The notes: generated from the letters alone by a model not told the origin. Positions 38,226 through 47,426 are shown, numbered from the stretch's first letter. The stretch: DNA of 64,000 bases from an uncultured Alphaproteobacteria bacterium (GCA_963717215.1 CAVQVS010000013.1:229073-293072), one strand, 5' to 3'. Program-made: numbers and translations.

Positions 38226-38738
38226 TCACGGGACCCGTGGATCAGGCGTGCTTTCGGCTTTCATCCGATGTCCGCGAATCTGCGTGAGGCGCGGCCGCCA
38301 GACGCCAAGCACGACATTGGCGGTCGAGACCGCAAGAAGTATCCACAACGCGCCTTGCTCTCCAAACGAATTTGCAGTCGGCGTCGGATCCAACTGGCCC
38401 GCCACCGCAGCGCCGCTTTGCTTCAGTTCATCCTGTATGGAGCCCAGAACGTGGAAGCTGCCCGCGAACACAAGAATTCCCGTTGCGAACTTTACCCAGG
38501 CCCAGCCGGCGTCGTGAAATGCGCGGTTCACGGCGATCGCCAGCATGCCCGCGAGAAGAGTGAGCGCGAACGAAGGGAAAAAAACCCAGGTCGCGATTTC
38601 GGCTATCGCGCCCCGCATCAGGGCGTCGCCAGCGAGGGAAGTCCGCGGCGAAAAGCCGATGAGGACGAGCAGGGACGCGATGGATCCGATGAGCCCGGCG
38701 GCTCCGATCGTGTGGAGAAATTTGAGTAGCCGTCGCAA
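38226..38738 (-). CDS. Four-TM membrane protein, family uncertain (DUF2269-like?)
   Basis: Hydrophobic profile only. Confidence 0.45.
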   Translation of the reverse strand: MRRLLKFLHTIGAAGLIGSIASLLVLIGFSPRTSLAGDALMRGAIAEIATWVFFPSFALTLLAGMLAIAVNRAFHDAGWAWVKFATGILVFAGSFHVLGSIQDELKQSGAAVAGQLDPTPTANSFGEQGALWILLAVSTANVVLGVWRPRLTQIRGHRMKAESTPDPRVP

Positions 38739-38908
38739 GCCCGTCTCGAAGATCGCGTCCTCAATGCATCAAATCTATCGCGGCCTTCGGAAGAGGGATA
38801 GCGGGATCGTGCCGCCTCTCGCGGTCTCGCCTGCGCGCCGACCGCCAGGCCGCGGCGCCGGCGCGGCATGATTTGACAGCGCGCGCGGCGAGCCGGAAGA
38901 GTCGCCCT

Positions 38909-39835
38909 ATGACGGCCCACATTTTTACGCTCGGCACGCGTGGCTCGCCGCTGGCGCTGGCCCAAGCCGAGGAAACTCGCCATCGTCTGACCCTGGCGCT
39001 GGGCTGGGAGCCCGGACGCGTGGCGCTGAAAATCATCCGTACCACGGGCGACCTGATCCAGGACCGGCCGCTGGCGGATGTCGGCGGCAAGGGTCTTTTC
39101 ACCAAGGAGATCGACGCGGCCCTTCTTGCGGGCGAGATCGACGCCGCCGTTCACTCGGCCAAGGACTTGCCGTCGGTGATGCCAGAAGGGATCGCCATCG
39201 CGGGCTTCCTGCCGCGCGAGGACCCGCGCGACGCGCTCATCTCCGCCTTGGCCGACACCGTCGAGGGCCTGCCGCAGGGGGCGAGCTTTGGCGCCGCCTC
39301 GCTGCGCCGGCAAGGGCAGCTCCTTCGCCTGCGGCCTGATCTTAAGCCGGAGCTTCTTCGGGGCAATGTCGAAACGCGCTTGCGCAAGGCCGAATCGGGC
39401 GCGATCGGCGCGACGCTGCTCGCCATGGCGGGGCTCAAGCGGCTCGGTCTCGCTCATAGGGCCCGGGGGCCGCTCGACCTCGAGGCTTTCCTTCCAGCCC
39501 CCGGTCAGGGCGCGATCGCGCTGACCGCCCGGACTGGGGACGCCGCAGCGCTCGATGCGCTCGCGGCAATCGCCCATTCCGAGACCGGATGGGCGCTCAC
39601 CGCCGAGCGCGCCTTCCTTGCTGAGCTTGAGGGCTCCTGCCGGACGCCGATCGCCGGCCACGCTCGAGTCGAGAACGGCCAGGTCCTGTTCCGGGGCGAG
39701 GTGCTGCGAACCGACGGATCCGAAAGCTTCCCCATCGCCGCCGACGGACCTTTCGCCGACGCGGAGGCGCTGGGCCGGGAGACGGGACGGGAACTCGCCG
39801 CGCGCCTGCCTGCGGGCGTGCTGGTCCACGCCTGA
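38909..39835 (+). CDS. hemC: Hydroxymethylbilane synthase (porphobilinogen deaminase)
   Basis: LGTRGSPLALAQAEE, GGKGLFTKEID, RGNVETRL, GSCRTPIAG. Confidence 0.95.
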   Translation: MTAHIFTLGTRGSPLALAQAEETRHRLTLALGWEPGRVALKIIRTTGDLIQDRPLADVGGKGLFTKEIDAALLAGEIDAAVHSAKDLPSVMPEGIAIAGFLPREDPRDALISALADTVEGLPQGASFGAASLRRQGQLLRLRPDLKPELLRGNVETRLRKAESGAIGATLLAMAGLKRLGLAHRARGPLDLEAFLPAPGQGAIALTARTGDAAALDALAAIAHSETGWALTAERAFLAELEGSCRTPIAGHARVENGQVLFRGEVLRTDGSESFPIAADGPFADAEALGRETGRELAARLPAGVLVHA

Positions 39836-39910
39836 GCGTTGCGCGCGCAACGCCCCACTGGTCGAGGCAAGGGGGATTGAGCGCGAAGCGATGACGTCGG
39901 CTTCGCGCCC

Positions 39911-40050
39911 GTAAACGTCAATAAACGCTAATAAGCGCTAATAAACGCTAGTAAAAATGCTGGCGTTTACTAGCGTTTATTTTTTCGAATCGAGACTTTT
40001 TAAGGGGTTACGGCCGTTTGGAGTAAAAATTTCTCCCTTGCCGCTGCGCC
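39911..40050 (+). repeat. AT-rich ~140-bp element, copy B: four direct decamers, two inverted decamers, a T-run and a conserved tail
   Basis: gtaaacgtca|ataaacgcta|ataagcgcta|ataaacgcta|gtaaaaatgc|tggcgtttac|tagcgtttat|tttttcgaat, then cgagactttttaaggggttacggccgtttggagtaaaaa. It is the inverted match of 6681-6819. Confidence 0.85.
39940..39986 (+). terminator. Intrinsic-terminator-like hairpin within repeat copy B, 3' of hemC
   Basis: AATAAACGCTAGTAAA / TTTACTAGCGTTTATT form a 16-bp stem with a 10-nt loop, followed by TTTTT. Confidence 0.5.
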
Positions 40051-40230
40051 TCAACAACTCCACCCGACCCCGCGCCTTACCTCCGCCATTTCGCAGGTTC
40101 GATTCCGGCGAATGAGCCTTGTAGCATATTTTCAGATCCTTGGAAATAGATTATTTTCTTTCTGTTTACCAGCACAGCAATGGCTCGGCGATCAGGGCGT
40201 GGCTGGTCGGGAGCGCACATTGCGTCCCCC

Positions 40231-41691
40231 CTATTTCAGCCGCTCAATGTCCCCGGGCTTCCAGCTGAAGTCCAGCGCAGGCGCTTCCGGGACGTAGAGG
40301 CGGAGGATCACGAAAAACCCACGCCCGGGCGCGGTGGCGAGCCAGGCGCCGTCTTTGCCGTTCGGCGCTTTCGGCCCGATGTAGAGCTCAGTGCTACCAT
40401 CCGAATTTTGGGCCGGCTGGTCGAGCTTGCCAAGCGAGGGAAACGGCCGCCCGTTGGCGAGGCCGGAGGCGTTCTCGGCCTCGTAGAGCGTGACGGACCA
40501 GAACAGCCGCGCCGGGATGTTGGCGGGCAGATTGACCCGGTAGTTCATGTCGCCGTCGAGCGCATGGCCGTCCGCGTCTTCAAACGCGATCATGTAGAAA
40601 GCGCCCTTGCCAGGCGTCATCGAGACCATGCCGGGGCTGATCGAATAATAGTCGGTGAAAAACCACAAGCGTGCGTCGAGGTCGCGATATCCGCCGTCGG
40701 AGACGAGGAAGGCGAGGTCGATCCCGGCGTTCGGCCAGCGACCCCTCATATTGTTGATGGGATTGAGCCACTTTCGATCCGGGAAGACGCGGAAATCCGC
40801 GCCGTGGACGCCCGGCTCGAGGCCAACGACGCGGCTCATCTTGTAGGCGGTCTTCGCCGCGTCGTTGAGGATCGCGCGGGTCCTCTGGTCGGGCGCAAAT
40901 GGCTTTTTGGCGATGATCCCGAGGCCGGCAAGCATGCCGAGCCAGTCGGGCCCGGCAAGATGGCTTCCCTCCACGTCGAGCAGAGCCTTGAGCTCATCGA
41001 ATGCGCTCGCGTCCGAGCGCGGCAGCATGTTCAGCGACTGACCTGACCCTTCGTGAAACGCCATCGGTTTGGCGGACGCCTGGCTGCCGAGGGGATAGAT
41101 TCTCGTCTGCTTCATCAGGTCGACGGCAGGCCCGGTGTCCTTTGGATCCTTGTAGAAGGACCGCAGGAAGACGAACAGGCTGTTCGTCCCCGAGCGATAG
41201 ACATAGGCGCCATCGGGCGGCTTCGCGTCGGAGCCGGGCGGGAGAACGAGGAACTTGCCTCCTTTGCCTCCATCCGGGCCGGGCAGGCCGAGATCGCCAA
41301 AAAACTCCCCGCCGTCGACCGGAATCGGACGCTGCCAGAAGTCGAGCAGAATGCCCTGAAGGTTCGGCGGCGCTTCGATGACCAATGGCCCGGTCTTGCT
41401 CAGATCGGCGAACGTGATCCCGTAGATCAGATCCGAATTGGGCGTCGTGATATGGGTCTTGGCGTCGAGCCGCTTCGACCAGATCGTCATGATATGATAG
41501 CCGGTCCCGAACTTTTCTTCCGCGCCGACCTTCATGCCGAGCGTGTTGATGAGCGGCATTGCCCACAGATAGGTCTGCGTTGCGCGCTGAAAGATGAGTT
41601 CATCCTTGAGGGCCCGCGCCGTCGCCGACGTCGGCCGATTTTTCTCAAATGGAAGATTGGCGAGCGCGTCGAAGCGCGATGGTTCGGCCAT
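40231..41691 (-). CDS. DUF1254/DUF1214 two-domain protein
   Basis: QRATQTYLWAMPLINTLGM (DUF1254-like N-terminal part) and FWSVTLYE (DUF1214-like C-terminal part). Confidence 0.8.
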   Translation of the reverse strand: MAEPSRFDALANLPFEKNRPTSATARALKDELIFQRATQTYLWAMPLINTLGMKVGAEEKFGTGYHIMTIWSKRLDAKTHITTPNSDLIYGITFADLSKTGPLVIEAPPNLQGILLDFWQRPIPVDGGEFFGDLGLPGPDGGKGGKFLVLPPGSDAKPPDGAYVYRSGTNSLFVFLRSFYKDPKDTGPAVDLMKQTRIYPLGSQASAKPMAFHEGSGQSLNMLPRSDASAFDELKALLDVEGSHLAGPDWLGMLAGLGIIAKKPFAPDQRTRAILNDAAKTAYKMSRVVGLEPGVHGADFRVFPDRKWLNPINNMRGRWPNAGIDLAFLVSDGGYRDLDARLWFFTDYYSISPGMVSMTPGKGAFYMIAFEDADGHALDGDMNYRVNLPANIPARLFWSVTLYEAENASGLANGRPFPSLGKLDQPAQNSDGSTELYIGPKAPNGKDGAWLATAPGRGFFVILRLYVPEAPALDFSWKPGDIERLK

Positions 41692-41726
41692 GACAGGATC
41701 CTCCCTTTCCGGGCTCGACGATGGCC

Positions 41727-43124
41727 TCAGTTGACCTTTTCGAAGTCGGGCAGCGCCCATGACTTGTCGAAGAACGCCTCCGTCGGCCCGTAGAAGCGGA
41801 AGTAGGTGAACCAGCCTTTACCCGGATTGGTCTCAACCCAGTTGGCCTCGTGGCCTTCCGGCGCCTTCGGGCCGAAATAGACATCGATCGACCCGTCGCT
41901 GTTTTTGACGATGCCTTCCTTGCGCGAGGAAATGTCCGGCCTGCCCTGCGCGGTCGGGGCCATCCGCCGGGTGTCTTCATCGTAATAGGTGACCGACCAG
42001 AATTGCTTGACCGGCGGATTGGCGGGGACGTGAAGCCTGTAGGTGTTGCTCCCGTTCAGCCATCGGCCGCTCGAATCTTTGTAGGACGCGATGTAGCGCT
42101 GTCCGACGCCGGGCGTCTGGGTCAGCATGCCCTTCGAAATGACGACCGCCTCGTAGAACCAGGCGGCGCGCTCGTCGAGCTGATCGTACGCGGGCGCCCG
42201 CTGGTCGACTGAGACGACGAGAGCGTGCTTCCAGCGCGTGCCCGGCCAGAAGGGCGGCTCGACGCGCTTGTCGGATGTGTTGGCCTTGGCCATCGCCTCG
42301 CCGACAATCGCCCCCTCTTCGAGGATTTTTCTTTGCCGTTCGTCCGGGCGGAAGGGTTTGCCTTTTTCGATGCCGAGAAATTTCAGTTGCGCCAGGATCA
42401 GCCGGTCGCGCTCCATGATCGGATCACGCTGAATAAAATCGTTGAGGCCCTCCCAATAGGCCATTCCGCGCGGCGGCGTCTGGCTCCATTTCAAGTCGCC
42501 CGCCTGGCGAACAGGCGTCGGCGCGCCTTCCCCCTTCGGCGTCCACGAATAGGTCCTGATGCCGGGGATCAATTCGGCGATGGCCTTTTCCTTGTCCGCG
42601 CCGAGGAGCCGGACGCCGCCGAGCACGATGCGGCTCGGCGACTGCGTGACGTAGTAGCCCTGGGGCGCGACCGATTCGTGGCCCGGCGGGAGGACGAGAT
42701 ACTTGCCGCCTTTCCCCTGATCCGGTCCGACCACGCCAAGATCGGCGAGAACGCGCTGCCAGCCATCGAGGATCATGCCCGCAATGAGGCCGGCCGGAAT
42801 TTCGATGACGGTTGGCCCGCTCTTTTCGAGATCAATGAATGTCGCGATGTAGGGCGTCGTGTAGTTCGGGGTCAGAATCCCCAGCTTCTCGGCGAAGTCG
42901 AGGTAGGAGAGCATCTCGCCGCTCTTCGCCTTGAAGACATTGAAATGGGCCTTTTGCCATTCATTCAGGCCAACGGCCGGGATGCCCCAAAGGTAGGCTT
43001 GGCAGGCGCGCTGAAAGTCCATTTCGTCGTAAAGCTTCTGGACGGTGTCGTCGGAGGGATAGCCGCTCTGGAAGGTCAGCGTGCCAATTCTGGTGTCCTT
43101 CGTCTCATTCGGAGCGTCGTTCAT
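41727..43124 (-). CDS. DUF1254/DUF1214 two-domain protein (paralogue of the neighbour)
   Basis: QRACQAYLWGIPAVGLNEW and FWSVTYYDE, with the same architecture as 40231..41691. Confidence 0.8.
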   Translation of the reverse strand: MNDAPNETKDTRIGTLTFQSGYPSDDTVQKLYDEMDFQRACQAYLWGIPAVGLNEWQKAHFNVFKAKSGEMLSYLDFAEKLGILTPNYTTPYIATFIDLEKSGPTVIEIPAGLIAGMILDGWQRVLADLGVVGPDQGKGGKYLVLPPGHESVAPQGYYVTQSPSRIVLGGVRLLGADKEKAIAELIPGIRTYSWTPKGEGAPTPVRQAGDLKWSQTPPRGMAYWEGLNDFIQRDPIMERDRLILAQLKFLGIEKGKPFRPDERQRKILEEGAIVGEAMAKANTSDKRVEPPFWPGTRWKHALVVSVDQRAPAYDQLDERAAWFYEAVVISKGMLTQTPGVGQRYIASYKDSSGRWLNGSNTYRLHVPANPPVKQFWSVTYYDEDTRRMAPTAQGRPDISSRKEGIVKNSDGSIDVYFGPKAPEGHEANWVETNPGKGWFTYFRFYGPTEAFFDKSWALPDFEKVN

Positions 43125-43477
43125 CGTCGCCCTCCGTGTCAGCGCTGATTAGGCCGAGGTTACTTCGATTTCGCGGGATCCTTGATCCGGCATAACGTCC
43201 GTTTCTAGCCCAATTAAGGCGTCCAAGGCTCCGGTCTGTACGTCCGCGATACGTCGGAACCGGTCAACTTGATTGAGTTTCGACCCTAGGACCGGAGGCG
43301 ACATCGCCTCGATCCTTTCATCCATGCCGCCGATGGCCGTTTGGCCGTAGCCACGGGGCGCGCGTGGGGTGAATCGTGAAACGAGACAGTGGTTGCGATG
43401 GATCGCGACGGCAGGATCCGACGTCGGCCAAACGGCGAGCCCTTCTGACAACTTGAATTGACATGATCCAGCCGACA

Positions 43478-43495
43478 TGTTCGACAGGTCGGACA
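43478..43495. promoter_or_regulatory. TGT-N12-ACA palindrome (PpsR/CrtJ-type box candidate) upstream of bchI
   Basis: In TGTTCGACAGGTCGGACA the half-sites TGTTCGAC and TGTCCGAC differ at one base. It lies 90 nt before ATG 43585. Only one copy was seen. Confidence 0.35.
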
Positions 43496-43584
43496 ATCGG
43501 AAAGACCCACGGTTCAAACACTCGTTGTGACTGTGGAAAAGCCGCGGTTTCTCCTTCGATTAATCCAAAATAAGGCTCGGGCAT

Positions 43585-44609
43585 ATGGGGAGGCCGTTTC
43601 CCTTCTCTGCGATCGTCGGACAGGAAGACATGAAAACGGCCTTCCTGGTCGCAGCCGTGGATGCGACGGTCGGGGGCGTGCTCGCTTTCGGCGACAGGGG
43701 AACTGGAAAATCGACGGCGGTCAGGGCGCTGGCTGCGCTTCTGCCCGAAATGCGCGCCGTCGTCGGCTGCCCCTATCATTGCGATCCCTCGTCGACGGCG
43801 GGCCTGTGCTCCGCCTGCGCCGCCGCGCCGCGGGGCGCCCTCAAGACCGCGTTGCAGCCTGTCCCCGTGGTCGACCTGCCCCTCGGCGCGACGGAGGACC
43901 GAGTTCGTCGGCGCGCTCAATCTCGAACGCGCGCTGTCGAGCGGCGAGAAGGCGTTCGAGCCGGGCCTGCTCGCGCAGGCCAACCGCGGATTTCTCTACA
44001 TCGACGAAGTCAACCTGCTCGAGGACCATCTGGTCGACCTGCTGCTCGATGTGTCCGCGAGCGGCGTGAATGTCGTCGAGCGCGAGGGCCTGAGCATCCG
44101 CCATCCGGCGCGCTTCGTGCTCATCGGCAGCGGCAATCCGGAAGAAGGCGAATTGCGCCCGCAATTGCTCGACCGGTTTGGGCTCGCCGTGGACGTTCGC
44201 ACCCCTTCGGACGGTGCCCGAGCGGATCGAAGTCGTCAAACGCCGGGACGCGTTCGAGCGCGACACCGAGACCTTTTTGAAGAAATGGTCGGGGGAGGAA
44301 AAAAAACTCCGCAAGCGCATCGAGTCCGCGCGCGCCGGGCTTTCCTCGGTCGCGACGCCGGATTCGGTGTTCGACACCGCGACCCGCTTGTGTCTCGCGC
44401 TTGGCACGGACGGCTTGCGCGGCGAATTGACGCTCATCCGCGCCGCGCGCGCGCTCGCAAGCCTAGAGGGCAAGGCGGAAGTCGGCGACGCGGAATTGCG
44501 GCGCCTCGCGCCGATGGCGCTCAGCCACCGGCTCCGGCGTAATCCCCTCGACGATTCGGGCTCCGCGATCCGCGTGCGCCGGGCCGTGGAGGAGATCTTG
44601 CCCGCATGA
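43585..44609 (+). pseudogene. bchI: Magnesium chelatase ATPase subunit I, frame broken twice
   Basis: [13 protein letters not shown]...GDRGTGKST...[11 protein letters not shown] is followed after a shift at 43901-43906 by [31 protein letters not shown]...[14 protein letters not shown]. After a second shift near 44213 the reading continues [15 protein letters not shown]...[13 protein letters not shown]. Confidence 0.9.
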
Positions 44610-46393
44610 AAGCGCCGAGCCCCGGCGCCTCCGCGTGGGCGCAGGCCAAGCTCGCAGCGGAGGCGTTCGCGCTCGATTGGCTGGGTTCCGGAATCGTCCT
44701 GAGGAGCGGGCCGGGGCCGGCGCGGGACGCCTGGCTGGAACGCCTGCGCGCGGCGCTTCCGCCGGACGTTCCCATGCGGCGGATCCCCGCCTCGATTTCC
44801 GACGACCGGCTTGCCGGCGGACTTGACGTCGCGGCGACGATCCGGACCGGCAGGCCCGTCGCTGAGCCCGGGGTTCTCGCGCTGGCGGACGGCGGGGTTC
44901 TCGTTCTCGCGATGGCGGAGCGGGCTTCGCCGCGGGTCGCCGCGCGGCTCGCCGCGGCGCTCGACTTGGACAAGCGGGCTACGCTCGCCTGTCCTTCCGA
45001 GGCCGGGGTCGGACTCGTGGCGCTGGACGAGGGATGCGACGACAGCGAGGCCCCGCCCGCCATTCTGCTCGAACGCTGCGCTTATATTGTGGATCTGAGC
45101 GACGTCGGCTTCCGGGACATCGAGGGAGAGGACGACGACGGAATCGATTTCGAGGCCGCGCGAGCGCGGGTCGGTCGCGTCTCCGCCGATCCGGATGGGG
45201 TCGCCGCTTTGGTCGCCGTCGCGGCCCGGATGGGGATCGCGTCGCTGCGCGCGCCCTTGATGGCGCTCCGCGCGGCGCGAGCGATCGCCGCGCTCGACGG
45301 GCGAACGCAGATCGAAGACGACGATGTCGCCCTCGCCGCCACGCTGACGCTGTCGCCGCGCGCGACGCGCCTGCCGGAAGCCGGAGCGGAAGAAGAGCCG
45401 CAAGCGGAGCCGGAGGACCCGGACCCGCCACGCGATACGGATTCCGAACCGGATCACGAATCCGGGGATTCCGAGAACGACGAGCGGTCGACCGCTCCGA
45501 TCGAGGATGTCGTGCTCGCCGCCGCGAAGGCTGCGATTCCGGCTTCTTTGCTTGCGCAGATCGAAACGGGATCCATCACGCGAAGCCAGTTCGCAGGCGA
45601 GGGCAAATCCGGCGCGTCGCAGGTTTCGGCTCGGCGCGGTCGCCCGATCGCCGCCCGAGCGGGCTCGCCGCGCGAGGGGCGGGTCAGCTTCATCGCCACC
45701 TTGCGCGCCGCCGCGCCATGGCAGCCCGTGCGCCGTCGCGAACGGCCGGATGACAATCGCCGGGTTCTGGTCCGCAAGGAGGATTTCCGGATCGTTCGCT
45801 ATCAGGAGCCGCGCGGCGCCACCGCGATCTTCGTCGTCGACGCCTCGGGGTCCTCGGCCATGCATCGTCTCGCCGAAGTCAAGGGCGCGATCGAATTGCT
45901 GCTTGCGGACTGCTATGTTCGCCGCGACAGCGTGGCGCTGATCGCTTTTCGTGGGCAGGGGGCCGAGATCGTGCTTCCTCCGACGCGGTCGACCGCGCGG
46001 GCGCGGCGCAGCCTTGCGGGATTGCCCGGCGGCGGCGGAACGCCGCTCGCGAACGGGCTCGACGCGGCGGCCAATCTTGCCGATCAGGTCTTGCGAAAAG
46101 GGCAGTCGCCTCTGGTGGTCCTGATGACCGACGGCCGCGCCAATGTCTGCCGCAACGGAGCAGGGGGCCGCGCGCAGGCGATGGGGGACGCGATCGACGC
46201 CGCGAAGCGGCTTCGCGCGGCGAAGATTCGGGCGCTGGCGATTGACACTTCCGCGCATTTCCGCAGCGGCGAGGCCGCGGCGACGCGCCAAATCGCAGAA
46301 GCCATGCAGGCTCGGTACGTGAAGCTGCCGCTGGCCAACGCGGCGCATGTCAATGAAGCCGTTCGCGCTTCCTGGCGGCAGCCGAGTTCGTAG
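44606..46393 (+). CDS. bchD: Magnesium chelatase subunit D
   Basis: AAA-like N-terminal domain, an acidic Pro/Glu-rich linker (EEEPQAEPEDPDPPRDTDSEPDHESGDSEND) and a C-terminal VWA domain (IFVVDASGS). ATGA overlap with bchI. Confidence 0.9.
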   Translation: MKAPSPGASAWAQAKLAAEAFALDWLGSGIVLRSGPGPARDAWLERLRAALPPDVPMRRIPASISDDRLAGGLDVAATIRTGRPVAEPGVLALADGGVLVLAMAERASPRVAARLAAALDLDKRATLACPSEAGVGLVALDEGCDDSEAPPAILLERCAYIVDLSDVGFRDIEGEDDDGIDFEAARARVGRVSADPDGVAALVAVAARMGIASLRAPLMALRAARAIAALDGRTQIEDDDVALAATLTLSPRATRLPEAGAEEEPQAEPEDPDPPRDTDSEPDHESGDSENDERSTAPIEDVVLAAAKAAIPASLLAQIETGSITRSQFAGEGKSGASQVSARRGRPIAARAGSPREGRVSFIATLRAAAPWQPVRRRERPDDNRRVLVRKEDFRIVRYQEPRGATAIFVVDASGSSAMHRLAEVKGAIELLLADCYVRRDSVALIAFRGQGAEIVLPPTRSTARARRSLAGLPGGGGTPLANGLDAAANLADQVLRKGQSPLVVLMTDGRANVCRNGAGGRAQAMGDAIDAAKRLRAAKIRALAIDTSAHFRSGEAAATRQIAEAMQARYVKLPLANAAHVNEAVRASWRQPSS

Positions 46394-46397
46394 CTCC

Positions 46398-47315
46398 ATG
46401 TTCGGCGCCTCCCGAGAGCTGACCTTTGCACGCGAAGGCGCGGACTGGCCCAATCGCGAAGCGAGCGCTTTCGTCGAGGCGGGTGGCTTGCGGTGGCACG
46501 TTCAGACGATGGGAACGGGCCCTGACGTGTTGATGGTGCACGGGACCGGCGCTTCGACGCATTCCTGGGAGGGGCTGGCGCCGCTGCTCGCCCAGCGCTT
46601 TCATCTGGTCGCTCCCGACCTTCCCGGCCATGGCTTCACTCAGGCCAAGCGAACGCCCGACCTTTCGCTTCCGGGAATGGCGCGCGCGCTGGCCTCCCTG
46701 CTCGGCGTGCTGGAGTTTTCGCCGAAGATGGTGATCGGCCATTCGGCGGGCGCGGCCATTCTTGCGCGCCTTTGCCTCGACGGGACGATTTCGCCGAAGC
46801 TGTTCGTCAGCCTCAACGGGGCCTTTCTGCCCTTCGGGGGTCTAGGCCGCGTTCTGTTTCCTTCGATGGCGAAGCTGCTGTTTCTCAATCCCCTCGCGCC
46901 TCGTCTTTTTGCCTGGTCCGCCGATAAGGCCGCCGTCGCCAACCTGCTCAGGGGGACGGGGTCGAAGATCGGACCGCGCGGCGTCGATCTCTACGCGCGC
47001 CTTCTCCACAATCCGGGCCATGTCGCCGGCGCGCTGGGCATGATGGCGAATTGGGACCTGACCGATCTGCGCCGGGACCTCACAGGCCTGAACGCGAAAG
47101 TTCTCCTGATCGTAGGCGAGAACGACAAGGCCGTTCCGCCTCGCGACGCAGGCGTCGTCGCCGCTGAAATCCCCGGTGCGTTCGTCGAAACGATCCGGCG
47201 GGCCGGCCACCTGGCCCACGAGGAGCGGCCCGAAGAGGTTTGCCGGATCATCATGCGCCACGCGGCCGCCGCGGGTCTGACCCAGGATGAGGCGGGAAAC
47301 ACGTCCGAACCCTGA
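46398..47315 (+). CDS. bchO: Alpha/beta hydrolase, BchO-type magnesium-chelatase accessory protein
   Basis: VLMVHGTGASTHSW and GHSAGAAI nucleophile elbow. Position between bchD and crtI as in Rhodobacter-type clusters. Confidence 0.75.
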   Translation: MFGASRELTFAREGADWPNREASAFVEAGGLRWHVQTMGTGPDVLMVHGTGASTHSWEGLAPLLAQRFHLVAPDLPGHGFTQAKRTPDLSLPGMARALASLLGVLEFSPKMVIGHSAGAAILARLCLDGTISPKLFVSLNGAFLPFGGLGRVLFPSMAKLLFLNPLAPRLFAWSADKAAVANLLRGTGSKIGPRGVDLYARLLHNPGHVAGALGMMANWDLTDLRRDLTGLNAKVLLIVGENDKAVPPRDAGVVAAEIPGAFVETIRRAGHLAHEERPEEVCRIIMRHAAAAGLTQDEAGNTSEP

Positions 47316-47408
47316 CTCTCGTGGCGCTGTTTTTCTGATTTTCGTCGGGCCACTCGCCGGCTCGGCCAGGTCGCGATTTCGCTTGATCACCATGATTGAC
47401 ATTACTAG

Positions 47409-47426
47409 TGTATCGTTGTGTTGACA
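47409..47426. promoter_or_regulatory. TGT-N12-ACA motif overlapping the crtI start (weak PpsR-type candidate)
   Basis: TGTATCGTTGTGTTGACA has poor internal symmetry. Confidence 0.25.

Noticed and set aside
38618-39850. 410-aa minus-strand ORF
   Set aside because: It is antisense to hemC and is a low-complexity shadow ORF.
43149-43517. 122-aa minus-strand ORF between the DUF1254/DUF1214 genes and bchI
   Set aside because: It has a TTG start, no recognisable domain and no ribosome-binding site, and it overlaps the candidate bchI operator region. It could be real but is unsupported.
43841-46453. 870-aa minus-strand ORF
   Set aside because: It is antisense to bchI/bchD and has an Arg/Gly/Pro-rich low-complexity sequence. 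The sense strand carries clear Mg-chelatase motifs.
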